From contig SUZQ01000004.1 in NCBI GenBank assembly GCA_015059875.1, positions 13 through 64,012 on the forward strand: a stretch of DNA of 64,000 nucleotides, in the 5' to 3' direction. Under the pieces are notes generated by a model that was not told the origin of the DNA, did no database searches, and was given only the letters and a program-made list of their open reading frames with translations. Made by a program: the position numbers and the translations under genes. Positions 19,533 to 29,663 of this stretch are shown here, in pieces. Source of the DNA: Rikenellaceae bacterium. GTDB lineage: Bacteria; Bacteroidota; Bacteroidia; Bacteroidales; Rikenellaceae. Each line of letters opens with the position of its first letter. Position 1 is the first letter of the stretch.

Positions 19533-21338
19533 ATGAAAAAAATCTTAACTATTATCGCTACGCTATTGTCACTCTCGGTAATGGCGCAGTCTACACCCGA
19601 TTACTCAAAATTATCGTCGCATCCTCGTCTTATATTGAAAAGGGGAGATATAGACTCTGTACGAAAGAAGATTGCGGCAGATATACCACTTTACAACATA
19701 CATATCGCAATTGAGGAGAGGGCGAACAAATACCTGAATGCGCCTGTACTCCGACGCATCAAGACGGGAAAAAGATTGCTTGGCATCTCACGCGGTGTAT
19801 TGGAGAGAGTATGCTACTGCTCCTATATGTACCTCGTAGATGGTAGCGAGATCTACGCTCGTCGCGCCGAGCAGGAGATGCTGGCGGCAGCAGCATTTTC
19901 CGATTGGAATCCATCCCACTTCCTTGATGTTGGCGAAATGACCGCAGCGTTGGCAATTGGCTACGACTGGCTATATGATTGGCTATCGCCTGAGAGTCGC
20001 AGAAAGATTGAAGATGCCATCATCAAGAAGGGGTTGCGAGCAGCAAATCCCAAAATGTGGTGGTATCGCAGTGACAACAATTGGAATCAGGTCTGCAATG
20101 GAGGTATGATAATGGGGGCATTGGCTGTATTTGAGCGAATCCCCGACGAGGCAAAGACTCTTATCGAACGCTCGTTAGCTGGAAATCCTAAGGTGCAGGC
20201 ATGCTACGGGCCAGATGGAGTCTATCCCGAAGGATTTGGCTATTGGGAGTATGGTACTTGGTACGAAGTGATGCTCATTGAGTCGTTGCGTACAGCACTC
20301 GGTACAAGTCTCGATTTGGAAAAAGCACCCGGATTTCTTGAGTCTGCAAAGTTTATGAATTTTATGCAAACCCCTACGGGACTTACATTCAACTATGCCG
20401 ACTGCGGAAATCCGCGCAATATGATAAACCCACTACTCTACTGGTTTGCACTCGAAACAGGAGATATGTCGCTTGTTTGGCAAGATAGAAATAGACAACT
20501 TGAGACAGATCGTGTAAGAGGAATAAACCGACAAGCACCTATCGCAATGCTCTTTGCTTCGCGTTGCAATTTGGAGAAGATTGCACCAATCAAAGAGTCT
20601 TTCTGGTCGGGACAAGGAGTGCAGCCACTCTTCCTTTATCGCAAAAGTTTCAGCGACAATACAAGCTCATATCTCGCAGCCAAAGGAGGAACACCAATGC
20701 AAAACCACGCACATATGGACTCAGGCTCATTCTTATATGAGTGGGGCGGCGTACAGTGGGCAAGCGATTTAGGCTCACAGAACTACCACTCGTTAGAGTC
20801 GAAGGGGTTGAAAATATGGAATCGCGGTCAAAATTCGCAGCGTTGGAGAGTCTTTCGTATAAGCAACTACCCGCACAATACGCTTACGGTAAACGAAAAG
20901 TTGCATCAGGTAAAGGGCGATGCAACGATGGATAAGGTATTCGATACAAAGAGTCGTCACGGTGCAAAGTTCAATCTTTCGTCACTCTTCCTCGACCTAT
21001 CGAGTGCCTACCGAACAATATATATAGATAAGAACGACAAAGTAACTTGCATTGATGAATTGACATCTCAGAACATTGCTTGTGCAGTTCGTTGGAATAT
21101 GACAACAACCGCCAAAGCCAAAATAGTTGATGACAAGACAATCAGCCTCAGGAGAGGTGGCAAAGAGGTTATTTTGCGCGCGGTATCGCCCAAAGGTGCA
21201 AAGGCTTATATTATGAGCAATGCCCCTACAACGCACTACGATTGCGAGAACAAAGGCTCTTGCCGTGTTGGTTTCAGCGTAGATATTGCGCCAAGTAGCA
21301 AGTGTAAAATAAAAGTAGAGTTAGAGCCTCAAAAATAG
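19533..21338 (+). CDS. Heparinase II/III family polysaccharide lyase
   Basis: Signal peptide; HPRL, NNWNQVC, YPEG.GYW.YG, HAHMDSGSF, HNTL. Confidence 0.85.
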   Translation: MKKILTIIATLLSLSVMAQSTPDYSKLSSHPRLILKRGDIDSVRKKIAADIPLYNIHIAIEERANKYLNAPVLRRIKTGKRLLGISRGVLERVCYCSYMYLVDGSEIYARRAEQEMLAAAAFSDWNPSHFLDVGEMTAALAIGYDWLYDWLSPESRRKIEDAIIKKGLRAANPKMWWYRSDNNWNQVCNGGMIMGALAVFERIPDEAKTLIERSLAGNPKVQACYGPDGVYPEGFGYWEYGTWYEVMLIESLRTALGTSLDLEKAPGFLESAKFMNFMQTPTGLTFNYADCGNPRNMINPLLYWFALETGDMSLVWQDRNRQLETDRVRGINRQAPIAMLFASRCNLEKIAPIKESFWSGQGVQPLFLYRKSFSDNTSSYLAAKGGTPMQNHAHMDSGSFLYEWGGVQWASDLGSQNYHSLESKGLKIWNRGQNSQRWRVFRISNYPHNTLTVNEKLHQVKGDATMDKVFDTKSRHGAKFNLSSLFLDLSSAYRTIYIDKNDKVTCIDELTSQNIACAVRWNMTTTAKAKIVDDKTISLRRGGKEVILRAVSPKGAKAYIMSNAPTTHYDCENKGSCRVGFSVDIAPSSKCKIKVELEPQK

Positions 21339-21348
21339 TAGACAAAAT

Positions 21349-22686
21349 ATGAATAAGGAGATATTCCGAATAGCTATACCCAATATTATATCCAATATCA
21401 CCGTACCACTAATGGGTTTGGTGTCAGCGGCTATTGTCGGCAGGGATAGCGGAACGGCAGCTGCTATTGGTGCGCTTAATCTCGGTGTATACATCTTCAA
21501 CTTCATATACTGGAACTGCTCATTTATTCGTATGGGAACAAGCGGATTGACCGCACAAGCATACGGAGCAGGCGATTTTCACGAAACCACAGCAATGCTG
21601 GCGCGAGCAGTGGTTATTTCGTTGGCGTTGAGTGCATTTGTACTCGTATTCCAGCGACCGCTTGGCGAGTTCTCATTATGGCTAATGGGCGGAGATCAAA
21701 TCGTTGCAGACTACTTCTACGCTCGAATCTGGGCAGTACCTGCCGGCATTCTTCTCTTTGGGCTCTACGGTTGGTTCGTAGGTATGCAGAATGGCGTGAT
21801 ACCAATGGCAATATCAATACTTGTAAACTCTCTCCACATGGTGTTCGGCTGGTGGTTTGTTTTTTCGTTCGATATGGGTATTGTCGGCATCGCCTATGCA
21901 TCGGTTGTTTCACAATGGATCGGACTCGTCTTAGCGATAATATTGGTGGCATGTTGCTTCCGCAAGACAATGCGAAAGATTGTGCTACGCGAGGTATTGA
22001 ACTTTGCTTCGATGAAGCGATTCTTCAAGGTTAATGGAGATATCATCGTTCGTACATTCTGCAATGTCGGTGTATACACCTTTTTCGCTGCTGCATCGGC
22101 TAAGATGGGCGAAGGTGGCACATGCGATGATGCTGTATTGGCGGTAAACTCAACCCTAATGCAGCTGCTGATGCTCTTCTCCTATATGAACGATGGATTT
22201 GCGTACGCTGCTGAGGCAATGACGGGTAGATTTATCGGAGCAAAGGATATGTTCTCGCTGAAAAAATGTCTAAAATATTGTGTTGTGTGGACATTTGCAA
22301 CTGCTATCATCGCTATTACGCTCTACCTATCAGGCTGGGAGTGGTTATTCACATTCTTCCTCGGCAATGGCTCTGAGCAGGAGTTGGCAACGGTTTTGGC
22401 AGTCGCAAAGCGATATATCGGTTGGATCGTTGTAATTCCGTTATTTGCGGCCCTCCCATTTATGCTGGATGGAGTATACGCGGGAGCAACACTTACGCGA
22501 GCAATGCGTAACTCTATGCTGGGTGCTACCATCATCTTCTTCATCGTCTATTACTCATTGCAACCCGTAATCGGCAACGACGCCCTGTGGTTAGCATTCC
22601 TTACATATATCATCTTCCGCCTTGTATTGCAGTATTTTATGGCAGATAGGTTGCGAGATATATACCGACAGATAGATATCAAATAG
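21349..22686 (+). CDS. MATE family efflux transporter (DinF-like)
   Basis: IPNIISNITVPL, RMGTSGLTAQAYG, DGFAYAAEA. Confidence 0.92.
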   Translation: MNKEIFRIAIPNIISNITVPLMGLVSAAIVGRDSGTAAAIGALNLGVYIFNFIYWNCSFIRMGTSGLTAQAYGAGDFHETTAMLARAVVISLALSAFVLVFQRPLGEFSLWLMGGDQIVADYFYARIWAVPAGILLFGLYGWFVGMQNGVIPMAISILVNSLHMVFGWWFVFSFDMGIVGIAYASVVSQWIGLVLAIILVACCFRKTMRKIVLREVLNFASMKRFFKVNGDIIVRTFCNVGVYTFFAAASAKMGEGGTCDDAVLAVNSTLMQLLMLFSYMNDGFAYAAEAMTGRFIGAKDMFSLKKCLKYCVVWTFATAIIAITLYLSGWEWLFTFFLGNGSEQELATVLAVAKRYIGWIVVIPLFAALPFMLDGVYAGATLTRAMRNSMLGATIIFFIVYYSLQPVIGNDALWLAFLTYIIFRLVLQYFMADRLRDIYRQIDIK

Positions 22687-22717
22687 AAGATGCAGAGAAC
22701 TAATCTCTGCATCTTCT
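22685..22717. terminator. Bidirectional terminator
   Basis: AGAAGATGCAGAGA-ACTAA-TCTCTGCATCTTCT between convergent genes. Confidence 0.85.
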
Positions 22718-22721
22718 TATA

Positions 22722-24866
22722 TTATTTGGTTACCTCTATCTTGCAACCACTCTTCTGCGTCTTGTCAAATTCAAGTGAGTAGTGCTTGCCTGCGTATTCA
22801 AATTGAAGCTTCACCGCATCTCGTCCATCACTGCAATTGGTCTGAGGCAATGCACGCAACGACTCATCGCCAACTTGAATAATATGGAGGAAGTGGTCAT
22901 TGGTCGCAGCCTTCTTTGGCGAAACTTCTACACGCCACTGACCTACTAACGGATGGCTGTTGCTCGGAGTATTTCTCGAACGCTTGTACATTGGATCGCC
23001 CTGCTTATATTCAGGAATCGCCCAATTCTTACCATCCGACCAAAATTGCTTGCCTTCTCCACCTATCAACTCAACTACAGCCTTCTTTGGCAGGATTGTG
23101 CGGCAAATACTCTTTCCGCCCTGTGACACCTCCATAAACTCCGACTTACCCGTCATAACGGGCTCGGAAGCGGTATGGTAGAGCCAACTCTTTGCATACT
23201 CAGGCTTGTCTGACACTACCCTATCGTACACCACGAAGATATCGGGCTTAATCCAGACAAACTCACGAACAACTTGGTCTGCCTTATCACTATGATAACA
23301 CTTTGTTGCATCCGAAGCAATGTAGACATAATCGGCACTCTCCCTATACGCCAACAACTTACCGCCTTTGTTAACGCGCTGTCCGCCATCATTTGGAACG
23401 GGTGCTGATTCCTCATTTTTAGACACCTTACCCCAATATTTAGGCAACTTCTCGCCAGGCATATATATCGTTACGCAGTTATGCGCCACGGTACGACCAT
23501 AGTAGTGGGATGTATGCTGTCCTAATTGTGGACGAGTTCCTGAATCGAGCGCGCGATAGCCATTCTTGTAGATGACGAAATGGTTGAGATCGTAGTGCTG
23601 ACGGCTTCTATCTCTACGCTCGGTTAGGAATACGGCGTAAGTATCCTTATCGCCCAAGCCTGAGCGCATAACGATATGTCCGAGATTGGCGAAACGCTTA
23701 GATTGTCTATTTGGCGCATCAGCAATGACCTCAGCCTCATCATTCTCGAAGTGATAGCGATGGAGAAGCGGCATAAACGGCATTGACGATGCACGACTAT
23801 TTGGCTCATTATATCTGGCCAGCAACGATGAGAACCAATTAAATTTATCGGGTTGGCTCGCAACCATAAGATTTGCAATTTCTCGGATATAAACTACTGA
23901 TCGACGAGGTAGCTTGTTGTTCGAATGATTCGAATCTCCGAGTCCGAACTCTCTATTCTCAGGCAGACGCATCCAATCGAAATAGTGCAGGTAGCCCATC
24001 ATATACTTCATCTGCGGTGCAAGGTCTATCCCCGTAGCAGAACGGAAGGTGTAGATAAAGTTAAACTCTGCCATCGGATAGTTATCAAAGCCCATAGCGA
24101 TAGTTCCCGAATTAATACCACCACTCCTTCCGACCATCTTAGCACGATGCACAGTCATCTTTTGATGTTGATCGTATCCATTGCGCAGCATCTGCTTACA
24201 CGCTTCGTCATCGATTCCGTCACCATAAAAGGTTAAGCCTACATACCAAGGTAGTGCCGCGCTACCACTGAAGCTCGACTTATGATCTGATATATTCTCG
24301 CGCTGACGCTTCTCGCGCACACCCTTACCGTGCCATGCCAGGTCGTTTGTTGCTTTGTAGAGGCGTGTTCCAAGACTTGCGCACTCCTCCGCAGTGAGAT
24401 CGTTATAAATCCAATCGTATGCGCAGAGCAGCGATATTATCGGGAAATTCTGTCCGCTGACCGCAATATTGTTATTCAATCGCACTTCGTAGTAGCCTAT
24501 TGACTTTTCGAGTAAGAGTTTCGTCAAATCGAGATATTTTTTCTCCTTTGTAATAACCCAAAGTATTGCAGCCTCTGATGCTCGAAAGCTGTATTGCATA
24601 TTCGAGTTACCCGCCTTGAGTTCATTCTTAATCTCGATGCCCCTCTTCTCCATTCGTGCAATGCGTCGTTGCATTCCAGTGAATGTCTGATTCTCGAATA
24701 GCATAGCGTTGCTCTCAAGCTGCGAAATATCCTCCGCATTAAAGAATAAGCGAGGGTGTTCATTGCGAAGCAAATTCATCCACTCGTAATCATTTGCTTT
24801 AAGTTGTGCAAACGCAGCGGTTGAGACAAACAACAGTGAGAGTAAAATAGAAAATAACCGTTTCAT
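22722..24866 (-). CDS. Heparinase II-like lyase (PL21-like)
   Basis: Signal peptide; QHYD..HFVIYK.G..ALDSG, YYGRTVAHN, NDGGQ, GQWRVEVSP; -7 box at 24894-24901. Confidence 0.8.
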   Translation of the reverse strand: MKRLFSILLSLLFVSTAAFAQLKANDYEWMNLLRNEHPRLFFNAEDISQLESNAMLFENQTFTGMQRRIARMEKRGIEIKNELKAGNSNMQYSFRASEAAILWVITKEKKYLDLTKLLLEKSIGYYEVRLNNNIAVSGQNFPIISLLCAYDWIYNDLTAEECASLGTRLYKATNDLAWHGKGVREKRQRENISDHKSSFSGSAALPWYVGLTFYGDGIDDEACKQMLRNGYDQHQKMTVHRAKMVGRSGGINSGTIAMGFDNYPMAEFNFIYTFRSATGIDLAPQMKYMMGYLHYFDWMRLPENREFGLGDSNHSNNKLPRRSVVYIREIANLMVASQPDKFNWFSSLLARYNEPNSRASSMPFMPLLHRYHFENDEAEVIADAPNRQSKRFANLGHIVMRSGLGDKDTYAVFLTERRDRSRQHYDLNHFVIYKNGYRALDSGTRPQLGQHTSHYYGRTVAHNCVTIYMPGEKLPKYWGKVSKNEESAPVPNDGGQRVNKGGKLLAYRESADYVYIASDATKCYHSDKADQVVREFVWIKPDIFVVYDRVVSDKPEYAKSWLYHTASEPVMTGKSEFMEVSQGGKSICRTILPKKAVVELIGGEGKQFWSDGKNWAIPEYKQGDPMYKRSRNTPSNSHPLVGQWRVEVSPKKAATNDHFLHIIQVGDESLRALPQTNCSDGRDAVKLQFEYAGKHYSLEFDKTQKSGCKIEVTK

Positions 24867-25099
24867 AGTGGTAGTTTTAGGGTTTCACTACTACAAAGAT
24901 ACTATTTTTAGTTGAAAGTTAAAAATAATTATAGTAGCATTTTACAAAACAAAACAAATATGCAAAGACTCAAATAAAAGTAACTCTTCCCCAACTCCGT
25001 AACATATTTTGTTGGAAATTGGCGTTAAATCTTCAAACAAAATTTTTTAATTCTTAATTAAATAGTGTATCTTTGCGCTAATAAATAGTTCATAAAACT

Positions 25100-25648
25100 A
25101 TGAAACAAAGAGTTACCCTTTACGACAAGACCTTCGAGGTAATGATTCCAGCCGAGGAGATTGATAGAGCTGTGGCAAAGGTTGCCGAGCGTCTCAATGC
25201 AGACTACGGCTCGACAGAGAAGCCTCCTATTTTTGTAGGTGTACTGAACGGTTCGTATATGTTCCTTGCAGACCTTGTTCGCAAGACGACATTCAACAAC
25301 GAGGTTACATTCGTGCAGATATCTTCGTATGTAGGCACACAATCAACGGGAACTATCAAGCAGAAACTTGGTATCGACTTCGACATCGAAGGACGCGATA
25401 TTATATTAGTGGAGGATATTGTTGAAACGGGACACAGCATCAACCACATGATAAACTATCTCCACTCGCTCAAGCCAAATTCAGTGGAGGTTTGCACACT
25501 CTTTTTTAAGCCCGAAAAGTACCTCTACGAGCTACCAATCAAATATTGCGCAATGGAGATTGGCAACGAGTTCATTGTTGGCTATGGTCTTGACTACGAC
25601 CAAATTGGTCGCAACCTCAAGGATATATATGTTTTAGCAAATGAGTAA
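25100..25648 (+). CDS. hpt: Hypoxanthine phosphoribosyltransferase
   Basis: ILVEDIVETG PRPP motif; FIVGYGLDY; -7 box at 25068-25075. Confidence 0.96.
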   Translation: MKQRVTLYDKTFEVMIPAEEIDRAVAKVAERLNADYGSTEKPPIFVGVLNGSYMFLADLVRKTTFNNEVTFVQISSYVGTQSTGTIKQKLGIDFDIEGRDIILVEDIVETGHSINHMINYLHSLKPNSVEVCTLFFKPEKYLYELPIKYCAMEIGNEFIVGYGLDYDQIGRNLKDIYVLANE

Positions 25649-26267
25649 CGAAACTGTATTAGAGGGCGGTTGCAAATTGCCCCTTGTAGAGGATTTCTAC
25701 ACAATTCAAGGCGAGGGCTTCCATACGGGAAAGCCCGCCTATTTTATTCGCCTTGGAGGTTGTGATGTCGGATGCGCGTGGTGCGACGCGAAATACACTT
25801 GGAATCCTCGTATGTACCCTCCAACTGCTATTGAGGAGATAGTCGAGCGTGCCGTAGCATGTGCTGCACAGTCCATCGTTATCACGGGAGGCGAGCCTCT
25901 ACTCTACCCTCTCGGTCCACTTACCCAAATGCTCAAGGAGCGAGGTCTGGCAATTTTTCTTGAGACATCTGGCTCGCACACCTTTTCAGGCGAGTTCGAT
26001 TGGGTATGCTTGTCGCCCAAGCGCAAGTCTGCTCCACTCGACGAAGCGTATCCTCGCGCCGACGAATTGAAGGTTATTATTCAGAGTGAGGAGGATTTGA
26101 ACTGGGCTGAGGAGTGCGCTGCAAAAGTAAGCGATAGCTGTATGCTATTTCTGCAACCTGAGTGGAGCGTAGCAGAGAAGATTATGCCTACACTCGTAGA
26201 GTATGCCAAGCGTAACCCGCGTTGGAGCATCTCAATACAGAGTCACAAATATATGAGAATCCCTTAA
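25641..26267 (+). CDS. queE: 7-carboxy-7-deazaguanine synthase (radical SAM)
   Basis: TIQGEG, CDVGCAWCD, TGGEP, QSHK. Confidence 0.93.
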   Translation: MSNETVLEGGCKLPLVEDFYTIQGEGFHTGKPAYFIRLGGCDVGCAWCDAKYTWNPRMYPPTAIEEIVERAVACAAQSIVITGGEPLLYPLGPLTQMLKERGLAIFLETSGSHTFSGEFDWVCLSPKRKSAPLDEAYPRADELKVIIQSEEDLNWAEECAAKVSDSCMLFLQPEWSVAEKIMPTLVEYAKRNPRWSISIQSHKYMRIP

Positions 26268-26278
26268 TCGAAGGAGAG

Positions 26279-26605
26279 ATGGGCAAAAAGAGGCGTCGAG
26301 AGAGAGACATCGAGGAGGTTATAATCAACACCGTCGACACGGGCAAGAGATATGCCTGGGTGATAACTCTTGTTGCTGCAATCGTATTGGGTATTATCCT
26401 AATTGGAAGACCTCTCATCTCTCTGATTCGCACCTCAGCCGAAATCAAAGAACTAAACAAGGAGAAAGCTCTCTACGAAGCGAGCATCCGACGCGACAGC
26501 CTACTGATTGAGAATCTGAAAAACGATGAGTTTTTAGAGCAATTTGCTCGCGAGAAATACTTTATGCAGGCTAAAGGCGAGCAGGTATTTATCGTAGAGG
26601 ATTAA
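26279..26605 (+). CDS. Septum formation initiator (FtsB/DivIC family)
   Basis: Single TM, coiled coil, LEQFAREKYFM...E. Confidence 0.85.
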   Translation: MGKKRRRERDIEEVIINTVDTGKRYAWVITLVAAIVLGIILIGRPLISLIRTSAEIKELNKEKALYEASIRRDSLLIENLKNDEFLEQFAREKYFMQAKGEQVFIVED

Positions 26606-27597
26606 TCATTATCCCCAAAGTGGTTGTACCCACCTCCACCATCAAGGGCATACACCACTCTGCCATTGCTATCCTCCCAACCAATATAATAGCAGTCGTA
26701 ATTAGGGCGCACAACTTTACCTATTTTATATAGGGGTTTTCCAAACTGCTGCTCAAAACTCTGCATTAATGATTCTGCCTCGCGCCTATCAACAGTAAAT
26801 AGCAATTGGTAATCCTCGCCCCCACATATCGCATCTTGAAACGAAGCACCACGAGCGACAGGAACTCCATCCATTGAAATAATAGCCCCCTTCTTTGACC
26901 TGTCAAGTATATGTTGCAAGTCGGAACTAATGCCATCCGAGATATCGGCCATTGCGTGAACTGCGTCCTGCTTTCCAAGCCATTCGCCTTCACAAACTTG
27001 AGCCTCTGGTGCGAGATGAATCTTTGCATTTCGTGTTGATAGTTTTCCTGCAAGCACATCGCGCAGCCCTGCAGCTGATGCTCCAAGTCTGCCCGTAACC
27101 ACTATAACATCGCCCACTTTGGCTGCTGAACGACGCTTGATATTCGCCATCGGAGCGCGACCAATAGCCGTAACACTTATGCACACACCCGATTTTGAGC
27201 CTACCGTATCGCCACCAATTAGCTTTACGCCATACTTTTTCGATGCCTTCTTGTATCCGCGCATAAACTCAGCAGACCAATCGCCAAATCGTTCCTTTGG
27301 CAGAGCCAACGACAACATAGTTGCCACAGGTTTTGCTCCCATAGCAGCAACATCGCTAATATTTACCATCAACGACTTGTAGCCAATCTGGAACGCCGAA
27401 CTCTTATCTGTCAAGAAGTGAATCTCCTCGTTGAGCATATCAGATGTAAAGACCAGAGCCTCGCCGTTGCCGATTGGTAGTACTGCACAATCATCGCCAA
27501 TGCCCTCGAAACCATTATTCGGCATTGAGCGAAACATTTCACACACCGACTCAATAAAGTCGAACTCCCCGAAAGCCCTATCTGCCATCATTTTCAT
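26602..27597 (-). CDS. thiL: Thiamine-monophosphate kinase
   Basis: GEFDFI, GIGDDCAV, NISDVAAMG, DISDG, GGEDYQL. Confidence 0.95.
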   Translation of the reverse strand: MKMMADRAFGEFDFIESVCEMFRSMPNNGFEGIGDDCAVLPIGNGEALVFTSDMLNEEIHFLTDKSSAFQIGYKSLMVNISDVAAMGAKPVATMLSLALPKERFGDWSAEFMRGYKKASKKYGVKLIGGDTVGSKSGVCISVTAIGRAPMANIKRRSAAKVGDVIVVTGRLGASAAGLRDVLAGKLSTRNAKIHLAPEAQVCEGEWLGKQDAVHAMADISDGISSDLQHILDRSKKGAIISMDGVPVARGASFQDAICGGEDYQLLFTVDRREAESLMQSFEQQFGKPLYKIGKVVRPNYDCYYIGWEDSNGRVVYALDGGGGYNHFGDND

Positions 27598-29042
27598 CGC
27601 CTTACAACTCCTTTAATTGTTGATATAAACTCCTTTAACGCCTCTAAGCGACACACCCACGCGCCAAATGCGTACACGACAACGCCAACCGCAATTTGCA
27701 TCAACAACTGCCATATTGCAGCAAGCTCAGCAGAATAACACCCGACCGCCCTTACCGAAATATACATCACAGCAGTGAGCAGTAATGAAGGTGCGAGTGT
27801 GCGCGCCATCTGCGACCACGAAAGAGAGGTGTAACGCCTTGTAGCTGCGAAATTTACTACAAACTCGACAATCGTCATCGCTACCAAACCGTAGGCAATC
27901 GCCATAGTAGAATGGGGAATGGTCAAGGCCAAAACAGCTGTCATTATAGCTTTTTTCAGCAGCTCCAAGCGGAAAAGAATAGAGCCATTGCTATGTACCT
28001 TCAGCACATTATACGCAACCATCGCCAATGGATAGAAAACTCCCGACAAGGCTATAATCTCGAAATATGGCACGGTTGGCAGCCATCTTTCGCCCAACAA
28101 CACTCTGAACAATGGCTCGGCAACAGCCGACATTCCAACAACAGCTGGAGCCATAACAAATATATTTATCAAGAGTACTTTACGGTAGCTCTCAGCAAAT
28201 TTTCTCTCATCATCCCGAATCTTCGCCAATGCAGGATAGGTTACACTCTGCACTGAAAGGACGGCCGACTGCACGGGCAGATCCTTTATCTTTTGTGCTT
28301 GATTGAAATAACCAAGCGTATCTGCGGAGTATATCTTACCTATAAAGAGTTGCGCCACATTATTGTACACGGTTGAAACAATATCCGTAGACATCAATCT
28401 GAATGAGAATGGGGCCATATCGCGCCAAGCCGATGAGTTGAACGAGCCTTCGCCACGCCATCCACCTCGCCACCACAACAATAGCGACTTTGTTGTAACA
28501 ACCAACAGTCGTTGCGCCACTAATGCCCAGACGCCTCCTCCACAGACAGCAATTGCCATTGCAGCAACACCTGCAACAAGAGAGGCTATAAAATTTATAC
28601 GCGACAAAACTCCAAAACGAAATTCACGGGCAAGTCGTGTATTCTGAATTATACCCAATGCATTTATGGGTAAAAGCAAGAAAAGAACAGGTGCAATCTT
28701 GTTGATAATATGCAAATTGTAATATCTTGCCAACAAGGGCGACGCCGCAACCAAAAGCATATACAACACCGCAGACACCGCCATATTGAATAGGAACACC
28801 GACTTGTAATCGTCGTTTGTTGGCTCTTTTTTGCGAAGTAGAGTCTGCGAAAAACCGCTATCAACAACCACCAACGCAACAGCCGTAAAGAATGTCAGAA
28901 TCGCCATAACTCCGAAATCCTCAGGAACGAGCATTCTTGCAACAACAACACTTACGACCATCTGCAACAGCATCGAGCAGACCTTCTCGGCTGTACTCCA
29001 CGCAACACCAGTTGCAACTTGGTCGATAAGTCGGCGTTTCAT
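27594..29042 (-). CDS. Wzx-type polysaccharide flippase
   Basis: About 12 TMs; ARML.PEDFG, GVWALV, LGYFNQA. Confidence 0.88.
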   Translation of the reverse strand: MKRRLIDQVATGVAWSTAEKVCSMLLQMVVSVVVARMLVPEDFGVMAILTFFTAVALVVVDSGFSQTLLRKKEPTNDDYKSVFLFNMAVSAVLYMLLVAASPLLARYYNLHIINKIAPVLFLLLPINALGIIQNTRLAREFRFGVLSRINFIASLVAGVAAMAIAVCGGGVWALVAQRLLVVTTKSLLLWWRGGWRGEGSFNSSAWRDMAPFSFRLMSTDIVSTVYNNVAQLFIGKIYSADTLGYFNQAQKIKDLPVQSAVLSVQSVTYPALAKIRDDERKFAESYRKVLLINIFVMAPAVVGMSAVAEPLFRVLLGERWLPTVPYFEIIALSGVFYPLAMVAYNVLKVHSNGSILFRLELLKKAIMTAVLALTIPHSTMAIAYGLVAMTIVEFVVNFAATRRYTSLSWSQMARTLAPSLLLTAVMYISVRAVGCYSAELAAIWQLLMQIAVGVVVYAFGAWVCRLEALKEFISTIKGVVRR

Positions 29043-29058
29043 ATTTCAAGGGAGAAAT

Positions 29059-29478
29059 TTATCGTTTCAGCAGAGCCTCGACACCCAAACGGTATGAGTC
29101 CAAGCCAAAACCAGCGATAGTGCCTACACAAGTAGCACCAAGAAGAGATGTGTGGCGGAACTCCTCACGAGCAGCCACATTCGAGATATGAATCTCAACA
29201 ACAGGCACAGACACCGCATCTACGGCATCGCGCAATGCCACAGAGGTATGTGTGTAGCCACCAGCATTAAACAGAACGCCATCGTACTCGCCCTCTGCTC
29301 TATGGAGCGCATCTATCAACTCGCCCTCGATATTGGATTGAGCGTAGTCGATAGTATGCTCTGGATACAAGGTGCGGAGTCGAGGAATAAACTCCTCGAA
29401 ACTCTCCGCGCCATATACCGATCTATCTCGCCTACCCTGCAAATTGAGGTTAGGCCCGTTTAAGATTAAAAGTTTCAC
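29059..29478 (-). CDS. aroQ: Type II 3-dehydroquinate dehydratase
   Basis: LNGPNLNL, QSNIEG, HTSVALRDA, EIHISN...RE.FRH; GTG start. Confidence 0.96.
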   Translation of the reverse strand: MKLLILNGPNLNLQGRRDRSVYGAESFEEFIPRLRTLYPEHTIDYAQSNIEGELIDALHRAEGEYDGVLFNAGGYTHTSVALRDAVDAVSVPVVEIHISNVAAREEFRHTSLLGATCVGTIAGFGLDSYRLGVEALLKR

Positions 29479-29489
29479 TTTTAATAAAA

Positions 29490-29520
29490 GCTATTAGCTA
29501 TTAGCCATTGGCCATTAGCA
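29490..29520 (-). repeat. (GCYAATR)n heptamer array before aroQ
   Basis: Plus strand gctattagctattagccattggccattagca. Confidence 0.8.
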
Positions 29521-29545
29521 TTTTCCAATATACACAACTTAATAT

Positions 29546-29657
29546 TGACTAAATTGGAGGAATTTCAAGGCTTGCGTAGCGTGAAAAACCGCAGCATACT
29601 TGGCGTATGTGAGGATTTTGAGCGCAAGCGTAACGCAGAAATTACCCAATTTTGTCG
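29546..29657. repeat. ~110-bp palindromic REP/MITE-like element
   Basis: Inverted ends AAATTGG/CCAATTT; core CCGCAGCATA-N7-TATGTGAGGA shared with the elements at 47029 and 48739. Confidence 0.65.
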
Positions 29658-29663
29658 ATATAA

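Noticed and set aside
25641-26267. 7-deazaguanine DNA modification (dpd) system
   Set aside because: Only queE in a housekeeping operon; no dpdA/tgt-like or other dpd genes
27594-29042. Capsule or O-antigen locus
   Set aside because: Lone flippase among housekeeping genes; no glycosyltransferases nearby
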